Shown here: positions 1 to 8,761 of the stretch, piece by piece
How the letters are laid out: every line of letters begins with the position of its first letter
Numbering within the stretch: the stretch's first letter is position 1
DNA from: Cyanobacteria bacterium P01_F01_bin.150
GTDB lineage: Bacteria > Cyanobacteriota > Cyanobacteriia > CAKZMO01
Length of the DNA: 64,000 nt
NCBI GenBank assembly: GCA_039189765.1
Contig: JBCCYL010000012.1
Location: 32,001 to 96,000, forward strand
Direction of reading: 5' to 3'
Translations under genes and position numbers: made by a program
The notes under the pieces: model-generated
Databases searched by the model: none
What the model saw: only the letters and a program-made list of their open reading frames with translations
Told to the model about the DNA's origin: nothing

Positions 1-6
1 CGAGGA

Positions 7-519
7 ATGACTAACACAACCTACCGCTACCTCCGATACTTTCGCCACACTGCAACACTGACGGCCCCTGCTGGATGGGTGACTGTGGCTGTGAAAGTGA
101 GGGATCGTGGGAACGGCTATCAGGACGTCTTTGATGATGACGGTGGATTCTGGTGTTTCAGGAATGAGTTCCACGATGAGTATTTGGATGAGAAATGTCA
201 GGCTGAATTAACAGCGGTGCCATCGGGTGAGCCGTATCAACATGAAATCCATAACTCTAAGCCAGCGGTAAAGATAACCTGGAGGCCAGCTATTCCTGGC
301 TTTGGCGGACTTAACCGCATTGCACTAGAAGAGGATGGCTGGTTTCCACTGCGCATCGTGCAGGGCGAACGGCTCCCTAATGGCAAGATGGCTGTGAACT
401 GGTGGCATGAAGGGGTACGGAAGACGCGGGTCTTGAAGGATGGGGAATATGAGGTTATTTGGGAGGGAAAAAGTCCTGATGGAAATCTACGCAGAAAAAC
501 AGCCTCACAAGAACGATAG
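7..519 (+). CDS. Hypothetical phage protein
   Basis: 170-aa ORF with GAGG before ATG; no recognisable motif. Confidence 0.6.
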   Translation: MTNTTYRYLRYFRHTATLTAPAGWVTVAVKVRDRGNGYQDVFDDDGGFWCFRNEFHDEYLDEKCQAELTAVPSGEPYQHEIHNSKPAVKITWRPAIPGFGGLNRIALEEDGWFPLRIVQGERLPNGKMAVNWWHEGVRKTRVLKDGEYEVIWEGKSPDGNLRRKTASQER

Positions 520-670
520 AGGAGAGGATTGGATAGCGTTTGCTTCCACAGACAAAGAAACTTGCTTGTGTTTGGCATGGGGCAAATCTAGATCTGGTGC
601 TATTGGGCGACTAGTCCTGAGAAGAGCCGACTTGTTTGGGGTAAAAGCCATCACGGGAGACGAACCATAA
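479..670 (+). CDS. Small hypothetical protein (MEIYAEKQ...)
   Basis: Stop overlaps next ATG (TAATG at 668-672). Confidence 0.5.
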   Translation: MEIYAEKQPHKNDRGEDWIAFASTDKETCLCLAWGKSRSGAIGRLVLRRADLFGVKAITGDEP

Positions 671-1281
671 TGCAACGCTACCAACTAGGCAAAATACACT
701 CAATCCCAACACTAGGTCAATTAAGATCTGAAAGGCTAAAAGCATTTTTGGTAACCTACGAAGATGGCGCAAGAATCGCATTTTCTTCAAAAGCTGAAGG
801 TTCTGACCTATGGGAAGACTTTGACTACGTTGAATCCGTGAAGAGGGAGCATAGGTACGACGTTTACGCCAACTTAGGTTACGTCCCTGCTGAAATACTG
901 CACAAAGATGGATGGACGCTGCCTTGTGATGAATGCTATTCCATGTTTGATGTCGAATGCTGGGATTATGAAGAAGATCGGTACGTCGGGCCTCCGGTTT
1001 ACGATGGTACAAGGTTCTGGTGTTGTCAGGAGTGTCACTTCGCATGGGAGAGTCGAGCAACGAAAAATAAAAAAGTTTCATCCCAAGTGAAAGCGTGTAT
1101 TCGGTCCATGTATCCAAGAGCTTACGAGATATCAATCTGGGGCGAAACTTGCAATTTTAAACTTCCTGGCATGGTAGGAAAGGTTGAGTGGCGATTTATC
1201 GAAGATCCTAGTCATGTCTACGTATTGCCTTGTGACATTGATCTGTTTAAGCGATTGTATCCACTTGACCGATCTGATTAG
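670..1281 (+). CDS. Hypothetical protein with CxxC/CCxxC metal-binding motifs
   Basis: PCDECY and WCCQEC motifs. Confidence 0.7.
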   Translation: MQRYQLGKIHSIPTLGQLRSERLKAFLVTYEDGARIAFSSKAEGSDLWEDFDYVESVKREHRYDVYANLGYVPAEILHKDGWTLPCDECYSMFDVECWDYEEDRYVGPPVYDGTRFWCCQECHFAWESRATKNKKVSSQVKACIRSMYPRAYEISIWGETCNFKLPGMVGKVEWRFIEDPSHVYVLPCDIDLFKRLYPLDRSD

Positions 1282-1289
1282 CTTTGCTA

Positions 1290-1322
1290 CCCGACCGCCT
1301 AATAGGGCTTGTGGCGGTCGGG
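1290..1322. terminator. GC-rich hairpin after plus-strand operon
   Basis: CCCGACCGCC-N13-GGCGGTCGGG inverted repeat. Confidence 0.5.
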
Positions 1323-1371
1323 GGTGTCGAAAAGAGGGGTGCTGGGACAGGGGATATAGATTTGCCTTGAA

Positions 1372-1455
1372 AGACTTTGGTCAGGGATTGAACCTGTTAC
1401 ACCTGCTGCCAACTACCGTAATTATTTATAATGCAGGTAGGTTTACTCAAAGTCC
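1372..1455 (-). ncRNA. tRNA-like structured RNA (T-arm and acceptor-like stem, no canonical D/anticodon arms)
   Basis: Minus strand: GGACTTTG...CAAAGTCT closing stem, ACCTGC/GCAGGT helix, CAGG-TTCAATC-CCTG T-loop. Confidence 0.4.
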
Positions 1456-1550
1456 TTCAACGCCACTGGTCGAGAGTGGTCAGCACCTCCCCACTAATCG
1501 CCAAATAAACGCCCAAGACAACTAATACAAAGTGCAGTATCCGTCGTAGA

Positions 1551-1823
1551 TCACTGCACTTTTGTGCTTTCGTGAGTGACATTTTCTTCATCTTTATCCC
1601 TCTTAAAGAACCAACAAAAATGATGTTTCCACAATATTAAGCGGAACATGTTTTCATAGACTTCGATGCCAAATCCCCAGTTAGGCGAGCTGATCACAAC
1701 TCTGAATAGTGAGTTATGCCCAACTATTTTGTGGAGGATGATCTCAGGCTTAAGCTGCATGGTCATCCTCCACAGGAATGCATCGTCTATAGTTGCCAAA
1801 AATAGTTGATTCGCTTCTATCAT
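1551..1823 (-). CDS. Hypothetical protein
   Basis: 90-aa ORF downstream of tnpB, followed by inverted repeat AAAGTGCAGT/ACTGCACTTT (1529-1562). Confidence 0.5.
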   Translation of the reverse strand: MIEANQLFLATIDDAFLWRMTMQLKPEIILHKIVGHNSLFRVVISSPNWGFGIEVYENMFRLILWKHHFCWFFKRDKDEENVTHESTKVQ

Positions 1824-1839
1824 TTTGTACTTTCAATCC

Positions 1840-3525
1840 CTAGAAGAAATTAGAGTTTACTTCAAGATCAGCAACCCAAAACTCTAGCTGCACATAGTTT
1901 CTAGTCTTCACTTGCGCGGATCGCCTTCCTTTTCTTTTGTTCTTCCCTCTTAGTTGCCCCGCAGGGCTGGATTCCCTTGTCAGTTCAAGGGGTTCCGCTT
2001 GCGCGGATTCCTGCTGCTCCGATCCCATTGCCAAAAGGCTAGAATCCTTCACAGGCTTAAGTTTCCCAGCGAAAGCCGGGTACCTTCTTTTAGAAGCTTT
2101 TTGCATATCCATCGTTCCGCGCATTCCCATTTTGTAACGCTGGGTTAGCTCAGAACGAATGACTACATTTTTAGCTGCATTGATATCTGCATTCTCGCTA
2201 TGCCCACATGCAGTACAAACAAATTCTGATTGCGACTTACGGCTGTTTGCATCGACAGTCCCGCACTTATTACAGGTTTGGCTATTGTAGTGCGATGGAG
2301 TTAACTTAAGCTCAGTGCCTAATGCTTTGGTTTTCGCCTGAAGCATTAACTTAAATTGACCCATCCCAACGTTCAGCAACGACTTATTAAGCCCTGTCTT
2401 TTGCTTAGCTTTATTCGACTCATACCCTTTCCCAACTTTACGCAGTTTAGGCTTAGGACGTTTAACCATGTTTTTGATAGCATTTTCTTCTAGCGCTATC
2501 GCCCCATATCTCTTGGTGATAATACTAGAAATCTCATGGTTGCGGAGCTTTCGTTGTTTGGCAATTCTCTCATGCAATAATTTGATCTTAGCCAATGTCT
2601 TACGGTAGTTTGAACTCCCTTTGATCTGCCAAGATAATTTACGCTGCAACCTTCTGAGACGCTTCTGAGAGTCTTGATAATAGCGAGGGAAATGATAAGT
2701 TCTCCTGTCACTACAAGCAACCCCAACGGCTACACCCGGATCAATGCCAACACACTGGTCGGGATGCTGTACTTTGGCCTCATCTTTTATCTTCCCGACT
2801 AGCATCAAGTAATAGCCAGAAGACTTTTTGAGAATACGATAACTTTTGATTTGCAGATCTTCAGGCCATCGCCCTTCTAAGCCTCTAACCTTTACTTTAC
2901 CTAGCTTTGGCAACTTGATGCATTGAGGGTCAATGAATTTAGCATTGCCCGACTGGGTATTATTAAGAGTTTTATTGCCGCCTCTGCGCTTGAATTTCGG
3001 TGATTTACGCTTCCCTTTTTTATATTCCTGCCAAGACGTTGCCAATAGCTTAATAGTGCCCTGGGTCAGCTTATATGGGCAAGCTTTGAACCATGGCTTA
3101 TCTGGATGCAACTTATGAGCAAACTTAGGAGTTAGTGAATACTCGCTATCCCTGTCAATCCTAGGCTTCACATAACCCTGAGGGCGAGGGCAATGCTGCC
3201 GGAACTTCCCAATTTTGCCGTGACCACTTTCACAGTATGGGATAGGCAAATAAGTAGTGCGAAGCTTATCGTTTACAGGCAAGCTCTCAATAATTGAGCG
3301 ATCACGCCATTCCGTCTCTTCATTTAACGGCACATAACGATATTCCCATGGCACAGGACAGCACGGCGCATAAGCTTTGTCATGCTTATTGTATGTTGCA
3401 AATTTCTCAAATTCTTTGAGCATAGCTAACCCAGAATTCCACACCCAGCGCTGCACATCCAGCCATTGATCAATACTTTGCTGTTGGACGGTATTCAGGT
3501 ATAACTTGCACTCGATTGTTTTCAC
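1840..3525 (-). CDS. tnpB: TnpB RNA-guided endonuclease (IS200/IS605 family), enlarged to 561 aa
   Basis: N-terminal HTH_OrfB-like segment (KLYLN...RWVWN), RuvC-I GIDPG, RuvC-II IALEE, CNKC/CTAC zinc ribbon, RuvC-III NADINAAKN. Confidence 0.92.
   Translation of the reverse strand: MKTIECKLYLNTVQQQSIDQWLDVQRWVWNSGLAMLKEFEKFATYNKHDKAYAPCCPVPWEYRYVPLNEETEWRDRSIIESLPVNDKLRTTYLPIPYCESGHGKIGKFRQHCPRPQGYVKPRIDRDSEYSLTPKFAHKLHPDKPWFKACPYKLTQGTIKLLATSWQEYKKGKRKSPKFKRRGGNKTLNNTQSGNAKFIDPQCIKLPKLGKVKVRGLEGRWPEDLQIKSYRILKKSSGYYLMLVGKIKDEAKVQHPDQCVGIDPGVAVGVACSDRRTYHFPRYYQDSQKRLRRLQRKLSWQIKGSSNYRKTLAKIKLLHERIAKQRKLRNHEISSIITKRYGAIALEENAIKNMVKRPKPKLRKVGKGYESNKAKQKTGLNKSLLNVGMGQFKLMLQAKTKALGTELKLTPSHYNSQTCNKCGTVDANSRKSQSEFVCTACGHSENADINAAKNVVIRSELTQRYKMGMRGTMDMQKASKRRYPAFAGKLKPVKDSSLLAMGSEQQESAQAEPLELTRESSPAGQLRGKNKRKGRRSAQVKTRNYVQLEFWVADLEVNSNFF
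1950..2085 (-). ncRNA. Putative TnpB omegaRNA scaffold (overlaps tnpB 3' part; ends approximate)
   Basis: TACCCGGC-TTTC-GCTGGG hairpin, AAGCCTGTG, GCAGGAATCC and TCCGC-GCAA-GCGGA GNRA hairpin, resembling IS605 right-end RNAs. Confidence 0.55.
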
Positions 3526-3564
3526 AACGTAAAATCATTTTGTACACCCAGATGGTAGCACAAA

Positions 3565-3855
3565 ATGAAGCGCAATAGACGGTTGAACATTAGGCTGTCG
3601 GAAGATGAGTACCAAAAAATAAAAGCCTATGCTGATGAAAATGATAGGGCTGTATCCGATGTCGCCCGATCGTTTATTGCAGCACTCGATACAGATGGCG
3701 AGCTTAATAGAATGCTCAAGATATCGGAGGAGCAGACGCGAATGGTAATTGAACTTATGCGTATGGCTCAAGCCATAGGAGTAGAACCATCAGAATGGCT
3801 TAAGGCAGAGGCAGAGGCTAGAGGAATTGATCTGGATTTTCGGCAATGCAGCTAG
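3565..3855 (+). CDS. Ribbon-helix-helix (CopG/MobC-like) DNA-binding protein
   Basis: RLNIRLSEDEYQKIKAYA...VSDVARSFI pattern; divergent from tnpB across 39 bp. Confidence 0.8.
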   Translation: MKRNRRLNIRLSEDEYQKIKAYADENDRAVSDVARSFIAALDTDGELNRMLKISEEQTRMVIELMRMAQAIGVEPSEWLKAEAEARGIDLDFRQCS

Positions 3856-3881
3856 GTACAGTAACTCCCAGGGGGGATGCA

Positions 3882-4150
3882 TCACCCCCTCTCCTCCATC
3901 TTTTGCACTACACGAATACCTACAACACAATACCCCTGCCGAATTGCTACCGGATAATCCAACGATCCCATCACACAAGACACCCTGCACCATATCCAAC
4001 GCCCCAATGGGAAACCCGCAACGGCATACTCCACTAGTATTAGCTCATCATTCACCGCAAATAAGCGATCGCAACATGGCAAAAATGAAAGTTGCTGGTC
4101 CCAGATCGACTGAAAGAATTGGGCGTTGTAGAGAGGATGGTGTGAGTCAC
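3882..4150 (-). pseudogene. DUF3850/ASCH-like gene with apparent 2-bp frameshift
   Basis: GTG coupled to upstream TGA gives MTHTIL; frame change in a CTCTCT run restores YNAQFFQSIW...DRLFAVNDELILVE...GYCVVGI. Confidence 0.5.
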
Positions 4151-4440
4151 TTCAAATAATCATGCTGCCACTCAAATGTATCATCATCAATCTGTGGGTA
4201 AGGTGTTATGGGTGCCCAGTATTCGAGATCCACCTCTAAGCAAGTATTTCCAGCAAAATCAGCATAGGGGTCTTCCTCAAAAGTATATGCGTCTGCAAGA
4301 TAATCCCATCGGGCAACCCCAATGTGCCTTTGAATTCGCTGATTTCCTCCTACCTCGTAATACGTAAATTTTCTGGAGATCGCCAAAAACACCTCATCTT
4401 TTGGCGGTGGATTGTCGGTTAGTCTTTGCCAGTTATCCAT
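4147..4440 (-). CDS. DUF551-like phage protein
   Basis: WQRLTDNPPP...EYWAPI pattern. Confidence 0.55.
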   Translation of the reverse strand: MDNWQRLTDNPPPKDEVFLAISRKFTYYEVGGNQRIQRHIGVARWDYLADAYTFEEDPYADFAGNTCLEVDLEYWAPITPYPQIDDDTFEWQHDYLK

Positions 4441-4879
4441 ACTTACACCAATACCCCTCTATATCACTAAATATATCTTGCACTACATCCCAGTTCCCAC
4501 CCCCTAGACCGCAGCCCATGCCATAGGGAAGATGCACGATCATTTGTCTCTCTGCTAACTTCCCGGCGATCGACTTCAACGCCTCGTAATTTGTATGCCG
4601 TTGCCCACGGCCATACCATAACTGCCCAAACAGATTGAGTACAGTTAGGGTCTCAGAAACCCTAACTGGCTGCACCATACCCAACAACTGGGATGTATCG
4701 CCTACATCTGCTGCTTGCTGCCAAAGCTTTCGATATTCGCCATACACTACTGGCCATTTCTGCCGCATCTTCAGCGCCAGCCCCGTGCCCATGACGCCCT
4801 GGCAGTTTACTTGATGGCCTATGATGCCGTGGGTGACGGTGAGGATGTCTTTGTCTATTATCTGCATCGGTCCTACCAC
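4433..4879 (-). CDS. Macrodomain (ADP-ribose glycohydrolase-like) protein
   Basis: KDIL...HQVNCQGVMGTGLA and PYGMGCGLGGGNW motifs. Confidence 0.9.
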   Translation of the reverse strand: MVGPMQIIDKDILTVTHGIIGHQVNCQGVMGTGLALKMRQKWPVVYGEYRKLWQQAADVGDTSQLLGMVQPVRVSETLTVLNLFGQLWYGRGQRHTNYEALKSIAGKLAERQMIVHLPYGMGCGLGGGNWDVVQDIFSDIEGYWCKYG

Positions 4880-5457
4880 TCAAAAGCGAATGTTAACTGA
4901 TAGTTCACCGGAATAGTCTCGGTCAAACGTTGCCTTAGTTCCTGCTCAAACTCTGGGTTTTCTGGTGCAGCCTCATCAATAAATACGAGAATAGATAGGC
5001 CATCTAAATTGCGGCCTACTATAACGTCTGCACATTTGAGATCGCCCCAGTTAATGGAACCGCTTAAATGTAGCTTTGCACACTTTACGTCTTCCCTGAT
5101 GGCATCAATCGCATCATTCACTGCCTGTTGTATCTTAGTGGGGGTTATGTCGGGTTGTTGAGCTGAGATGGTTTCCACTTGGGTCTTGGACCAAACTATA
5201 TCATCAGGATTATTCTCACACAGCCATCGGAACGACTCTCTAATAGCCGTGTTCGCTACTATCTCTTGCCATTCTCCGTAAGTACAACCATGATGTCCTC
5301 CGTTACTTGGATTGCTGAAAGTCCCAAGACTTTCAATTTTACAAGCCACATGAACGGCCATCTGGGGACAACTTACATTGGAGATTTTTCCACCTGTTAG
5401 CTGTTGGATGTATCGATTAACCATCAACGAATCTGAGTCTATTTGGCTATGCGTCAT
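4873..5457 (-). CDS. Hypothetical protein
   Basis: 194-aa ORF in tightly packed operon. Confidence 0.6.
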   Translation of the reverse strand: MTHSQIDSDSLMVNRYIQQLTGGKISNVSCPQMAVHVACKIESLGTFSNPSNGGHHGCTYGEWQEIVANTAIRESFRWLCENNPDDIVWSKTQVETISAQQPDITPTKIQQAVNDAIDAIREDVKCAKLHLSGSINWGDLKCADVIVGRNLDGLSILVFIDEAAPENPEFEQELRQRLTETIPVNYQLTFAFEW

Positions 5458-5469
5458 TAATCAAAATCC

Positions 5470-5667
5470 TTATCTACAACATCCTTTATAAATCCATTCT
5501 TTACAAACATCTCGGTAAAATCCACTTAACACAACGTCTACGCCAAAACTCTCTGACAGGTTGCAAGCGTGGGAGAAGGCTTTTCTTTTCGATGTAAAAT
5601 GACGGACACTAGAACAATGGTAATGAGGTTGGGCTTGCTCCATTGGCGAAGTTTTGGAATCCACCAT
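5470..5667 (-). CDS. Small hypothetical protein
   Basis: Operon position. Confidence 0.4.
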   Translation of the reverse strand: MVDSKTSPMEQAQPHYHCSSVRHFTSKRKAFSHACNLSESFGVDVVLSGFYRDVCKEWIYKGCCR

Positions 5668-5710
5668 AGATCGCCTTTAGGCTCAACCCAGAAAGTTGCT
5701 TTACGTCGCT

Positions 5711-5902
5711 TCACTGCTTAAACTCCTTGACTACAATGCCCTCTGGGTACGCAACCGCTGCACTCACTTCACCCACTGTATTTTCATGGCCACTGGGGCA
5801 GTAGATGATGTCGCCCTTATTGGGGATGCGGTCGGCAATAGTGAACCAGCGATCGCAGTGGTCACAGGAGAAGTGGCAGAGAAATTCGATACTAACTTTC
5901 AT
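5711..5902 (-). CDS. Small zinc-ribbon protein
   Basis: CDHC...CPSGH; overlaps upstream gene end. Confidence 0.6.
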   Translation of the reverse strand: MKVSIEFLCHFSCDHCDRWFTIADRIPNKGDIIYCPSGHENTVGEVSAAVAYPEGIVVKEFKQ

Positions 5903-6533
5903 CTACTAATCCCGATATATCTAACTTGCTTCCAGTATTCGGATCAACCAACTGCCCCTGTAACCCCAGATCAAACAATGCCCGTGTTATTTTTACGTCA
6001 TTTAAGCAATAATCGATCACCTCTTGGCGCTTACCATCCTGCCAAAGCTTAGGAGCTAATTCACCGCTGCCCGTTTTTGGGAACCCGTTGGCTTCGCCAA
6101 TACGGCCTAGTGCGTAGCTATAGCCTTTAGGACAGTCTTGCCATTTAGGTGACCCATAGGCGGCGATGCGGATTAACTCCAGTAAATCGTAATCTGTCGT
6201 GATAGCTTGTCTATCAAACCCTGGATGTATAGTCTGATAGATGCGATTAGCATAAATCAACTTGTCATCAAACGCTTTTGAGTTAAAGCCCACCAACGAA
6301 TGAGAGCCATGATATAGAGTATCGATTGCCATCTCAATCATTTCTTGCCTTGGATCGTCGCAGTCAATCACAATCACGCCCTGGCTGCCATTACTATGCG
6401 CCCAGCCAATACAGGCAATCCCCATATTTGCGTGGTCGTGCCAGCCGTCACAATAGTCATAGTTAGGGTCGTTATCGACTCCCTTCTGTGGAATGCATTT
6501 GATTATCTCGCAGTCATAGACTAAGTAGTTCAT
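5892..6533 (-). CDS. DEDD/RNase H-like 3'-5' exonuclease
   Basis: VYDCEI (ExoI), VGFNSKAFD (ExoII), YCLNDV (ExoIII). Confidence 0.85.
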   Translation of the reverse strand: MNYLVYDCEIIKCIPQKGVDNDPNYDYCDGWHDHANMGIACIGWAHSNGSQGVIVIDCDDPRQEMIEMAIDTLYHGSHSLVGFNSKAFDDKLIYANRIYQTIHPGFDRQAITTDYDLLELIRIAAYGSPKWQDCPKGYSYALGRIGEANGFPKTGSGELAPKLWQDGKRQEVIDYCLNDVKITRALFDLGLQGQLVDPNTGSKLDISGLVDES

Positions 6534-7117
6534 TGCAGCAACGCCTCCAAGTCAGCCTTAATCACATCAATATTCCGCTTTATAAGCTCATCTCGGCCAA
6601 ACAACTGCTGAGCTATTTTGAACGCTGATATTCGCTTATCTCCATCATCCATAGCCATATATCGCCGCAATGTGTCCACGGATATGGGAGCAAAACTCGT
6701 CCATGCGCGATCACGTTGAACACAAATCGAACAGTACAAGCCCATATCTTTATCCGGCCTAATCGGTTGGCGATCTAAAGTAACAGGCCGCCCTGCAAAT
6801 TCAGTCAAATACTTGCATAAGTGACGAGCTGCATCGCGAATCTGCTTACGTTCCTTCTTTGTAAGGTTGGTGAGCGAACCTCGCTTAGCGTTCTCGATCC
6901 CAGACTGCTTCATCATCTGAACGGCGATCAGATATGCTTCCCAAAGAGGAGGATCGCCAAATCTGCCACCTACGGCATGAGGGCAATGCTCAGCATAATA
7001 TTTCGCTCTGTTATATGGATGACGTTCATTTTTGCAGCGGTCCACTATTCGCTTTGCTATCTCATGATTGGTTAGATTTTTCACTACTGCAAACTGCACT
7101 CCACATCGATTGAACAA
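6530..7117 (-). CDS. Hypothetical protein
   Basis: 195-aa ORF, ATGA coupling to next gene; start uncertain. Confidence 0.55.
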   Translation of the reverse strand: MFNRCGVQFAVVKNLTNHEIAKRIVDRCKNERHPYNRAKYYAEHCPHAVGGRFGDPPLWEAYLIAVQMMKQSGIENAKRGSLTNLTKKERKQIRDAARHLCKYLTEFAGRPVTLDRQPIRPDKDMGLYCSICVQRDRAWTSFAPISVDTLRRYMAMDDGDKRISAFKIAQQLFGRDELIKRNIDVIKADLEALLQ

Positions 7118-7321
7118 AAGTGGTAATAGCTAACCATTGTTACAGTTGTCGCTGCTATCATCGCAATAATTAACACGCAAAGCGTAATGCTAGACCATTT
7201 GTCCATTTGTTTACTCCTTATTGCATATCCAATAAATAAGCGATCGCTTGTTATCTCTTCTTGGCTTAGACCCCCAATCAGCCTGGGGACTGAGGTATTT
7301 CCTTGCGCTTTAGCTTGTTGA

Positions 7322-8050
7322 TCATCTTCTTTTCTCCCTCTCACTCTTCCAAATCCTATCCATCTCCGCTGCTGCCTCACAAATGCGCCTGAGCAGCGCA
7401 AGGCGATCGCTAAGTGTTGTCATGGGGTCAGCTTTTATGTTGCGCACGTACCCCTTAAACGTCTCGGTTCGTGGCTTCACCTGCACTGGGTCACAGCCCA
7501 TCTGCTCTAGCTCATATGCCATATCAATGGCATTGCGTTTATGGAGCTTAAGCGCCCACTCGAAATGCGAGTCTATTTCATTTGTCGTGCATCGCGGATC
7601 ATCGGCCCACAGCTCTGCATTCAGCAGTATGGACTCGGGCGTAATGGTGCTGCCGTCCTGCACGTTACGTTTTGGGTGTGGAGTCATTGTGCTATTCCTT
7701 TCCATTGTTAGCTTTACAGACACTACGCCATCTTCTTCTTTTACAGACTGAGCTACAAACTCAGTCCTCCACTTCACTATCGATTCAGCGCAATCTTGGA
7801 TTAGCAGTTGCTTGCGAAAAGTGGGAATGTGTCCAGGTTCATTCTGTGATGCTGTGCTGATGTGATATATCTCCGCAACTATGCCCATTGGACTTAGACA
7901 GCAGCTCACGTCTATCCAGGAATAATCAGAAGCAGACAACCGTTGCTTCAAAAATGCGCGTATCTCGTTCGCTATCTGGATAGATAGCGATGGCTGCTGC
8001 GTTGTTCTGCCGTACGATATTTCCTGCTTCATTGTGCGATCGCCCTCCAT
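7322..8050 (-). CDS. Hypothetical protein
   Basis: 242-aa ORF in operon; likely start MKQEIS. Confidence 0.6.
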   Translation of the reverse strand: MEGDRTMKQEISYGRTTQQPSLSIQIANEIRAFLKQRLSASDYSWIDVSCCLSPMGIVAEIYHISTASQNEPGHIPTFRKQLLIQDCAESIVKWRTEFVAQSVKEEDGVVSVKLTMERNSTMTPHPKRNVQDGSTITPESILLNAELWADDPRCTTNEIDSHFEWALKLHKRNAIDMAYELEQMGCDPVQVKPRTETFKGYVRNIKADPMTTLSDRLALLRRICEAAAEMDRIWKSEREKRR

Positions 8051-8613
8051 AGCCTGTAATTCCAGCGTGCGTCTTCTAGTGCGTTGTGCTGCCCCTCTCT
8101 AGACATAGATCGTGCATCAAACCCAATGCGATCGCACTCTTGCATCAGATCGTTGCAGCGCCTAGGGAGTCCTTTAGGTAAGTCAATTAATCGTCCAAAT
8201 AGCTGATAAAACACTACCCAGTCAGTAGCCGCATAGTATGCCCAGAACTCTGGCTTGGCTTCTGAATCTGGAAGCTCAAAATGCCATTGGCCAGGGATTA
8301 ATGTGGGCGCAACTGACTCCGAGGGAGTATCGATTACTATTTGTAGATTGAAAAATTCAGCTACTTTGCGCACTATGTCACGCTTGGACATCCACACATG
8401 AGGATCGACAGGGCGCATGCAGCCTTCTTTGCCTTGCTTCCTTACGCCTATAGGCATTAAAACGTTTTCCCATACCCATTCGTTCGCTAGCCAAAATTTA
8501 CAATCGTTGTTGCATAGGTAAAGTTCTCGACCATCCTCACAGACAATCCCAATACTTATCAGATCAATGGTTTTCCCATCCTCAATAAACTCAGTGTCCA
8601 AAAAATATCTCAT
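8029..8613 (-). CDS. 3'-5' exoribonuclease (Rv2179c-like)
   Basis: YFLDTEFIEDG...LISIGIV and HNALEDARWN motifs. Confidence 0.88.
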   Translation of the reverse strand: MRYFLDTEFIEDGKTIDLISIGIVCEDGRELYLCNNDCKFWLANEWVWENVLMPIGVRKQGKEGCMRPVDPHVWMSKRDIVRKVAEFFNLQIVIDTPSESVAPTLIPGQWHFELPDSEAKPEFWAYYAATDWVVFYQLFGRLIDLPKGLPRRCNDLMQECDRIGFDARSMSREGQHNALEDARWNYRLWRAIAQ

Positions 8614-8761
8614 CGCCTCAAATCCTTTCTATATTTACGTTTCAGGCAAAGTGTCCATAATTAGGGGTTCGTTTACTTCATGCAGCCATGGCCGATGGGA
8701 CAAAACAATGGGTGGTCAGCACCAATTCATCCTCTAGCCCTAAGGGATGCGATCACTTTTT

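Noticed and set aside
1372..1455. Canonical tRNA gene
   Set aside because: No D arm or 7-nt anticodon loop can be folded; kept only as tRNA-like.
1965..1982. Candidate TnpB guide sharing CAAGGGAAT with the portal promoter
   Set aside because: A 9-nt match is expected by chance, and the guide boundary is unknown.
1900..2010. Mini-CRISPR array next to TnpB (ATCCGCGCAAG twice)
   Set aside because: Only 11 bp and two copies; no repeat-spacer periodicity. I saw no CRISPR array anywhere in the window.
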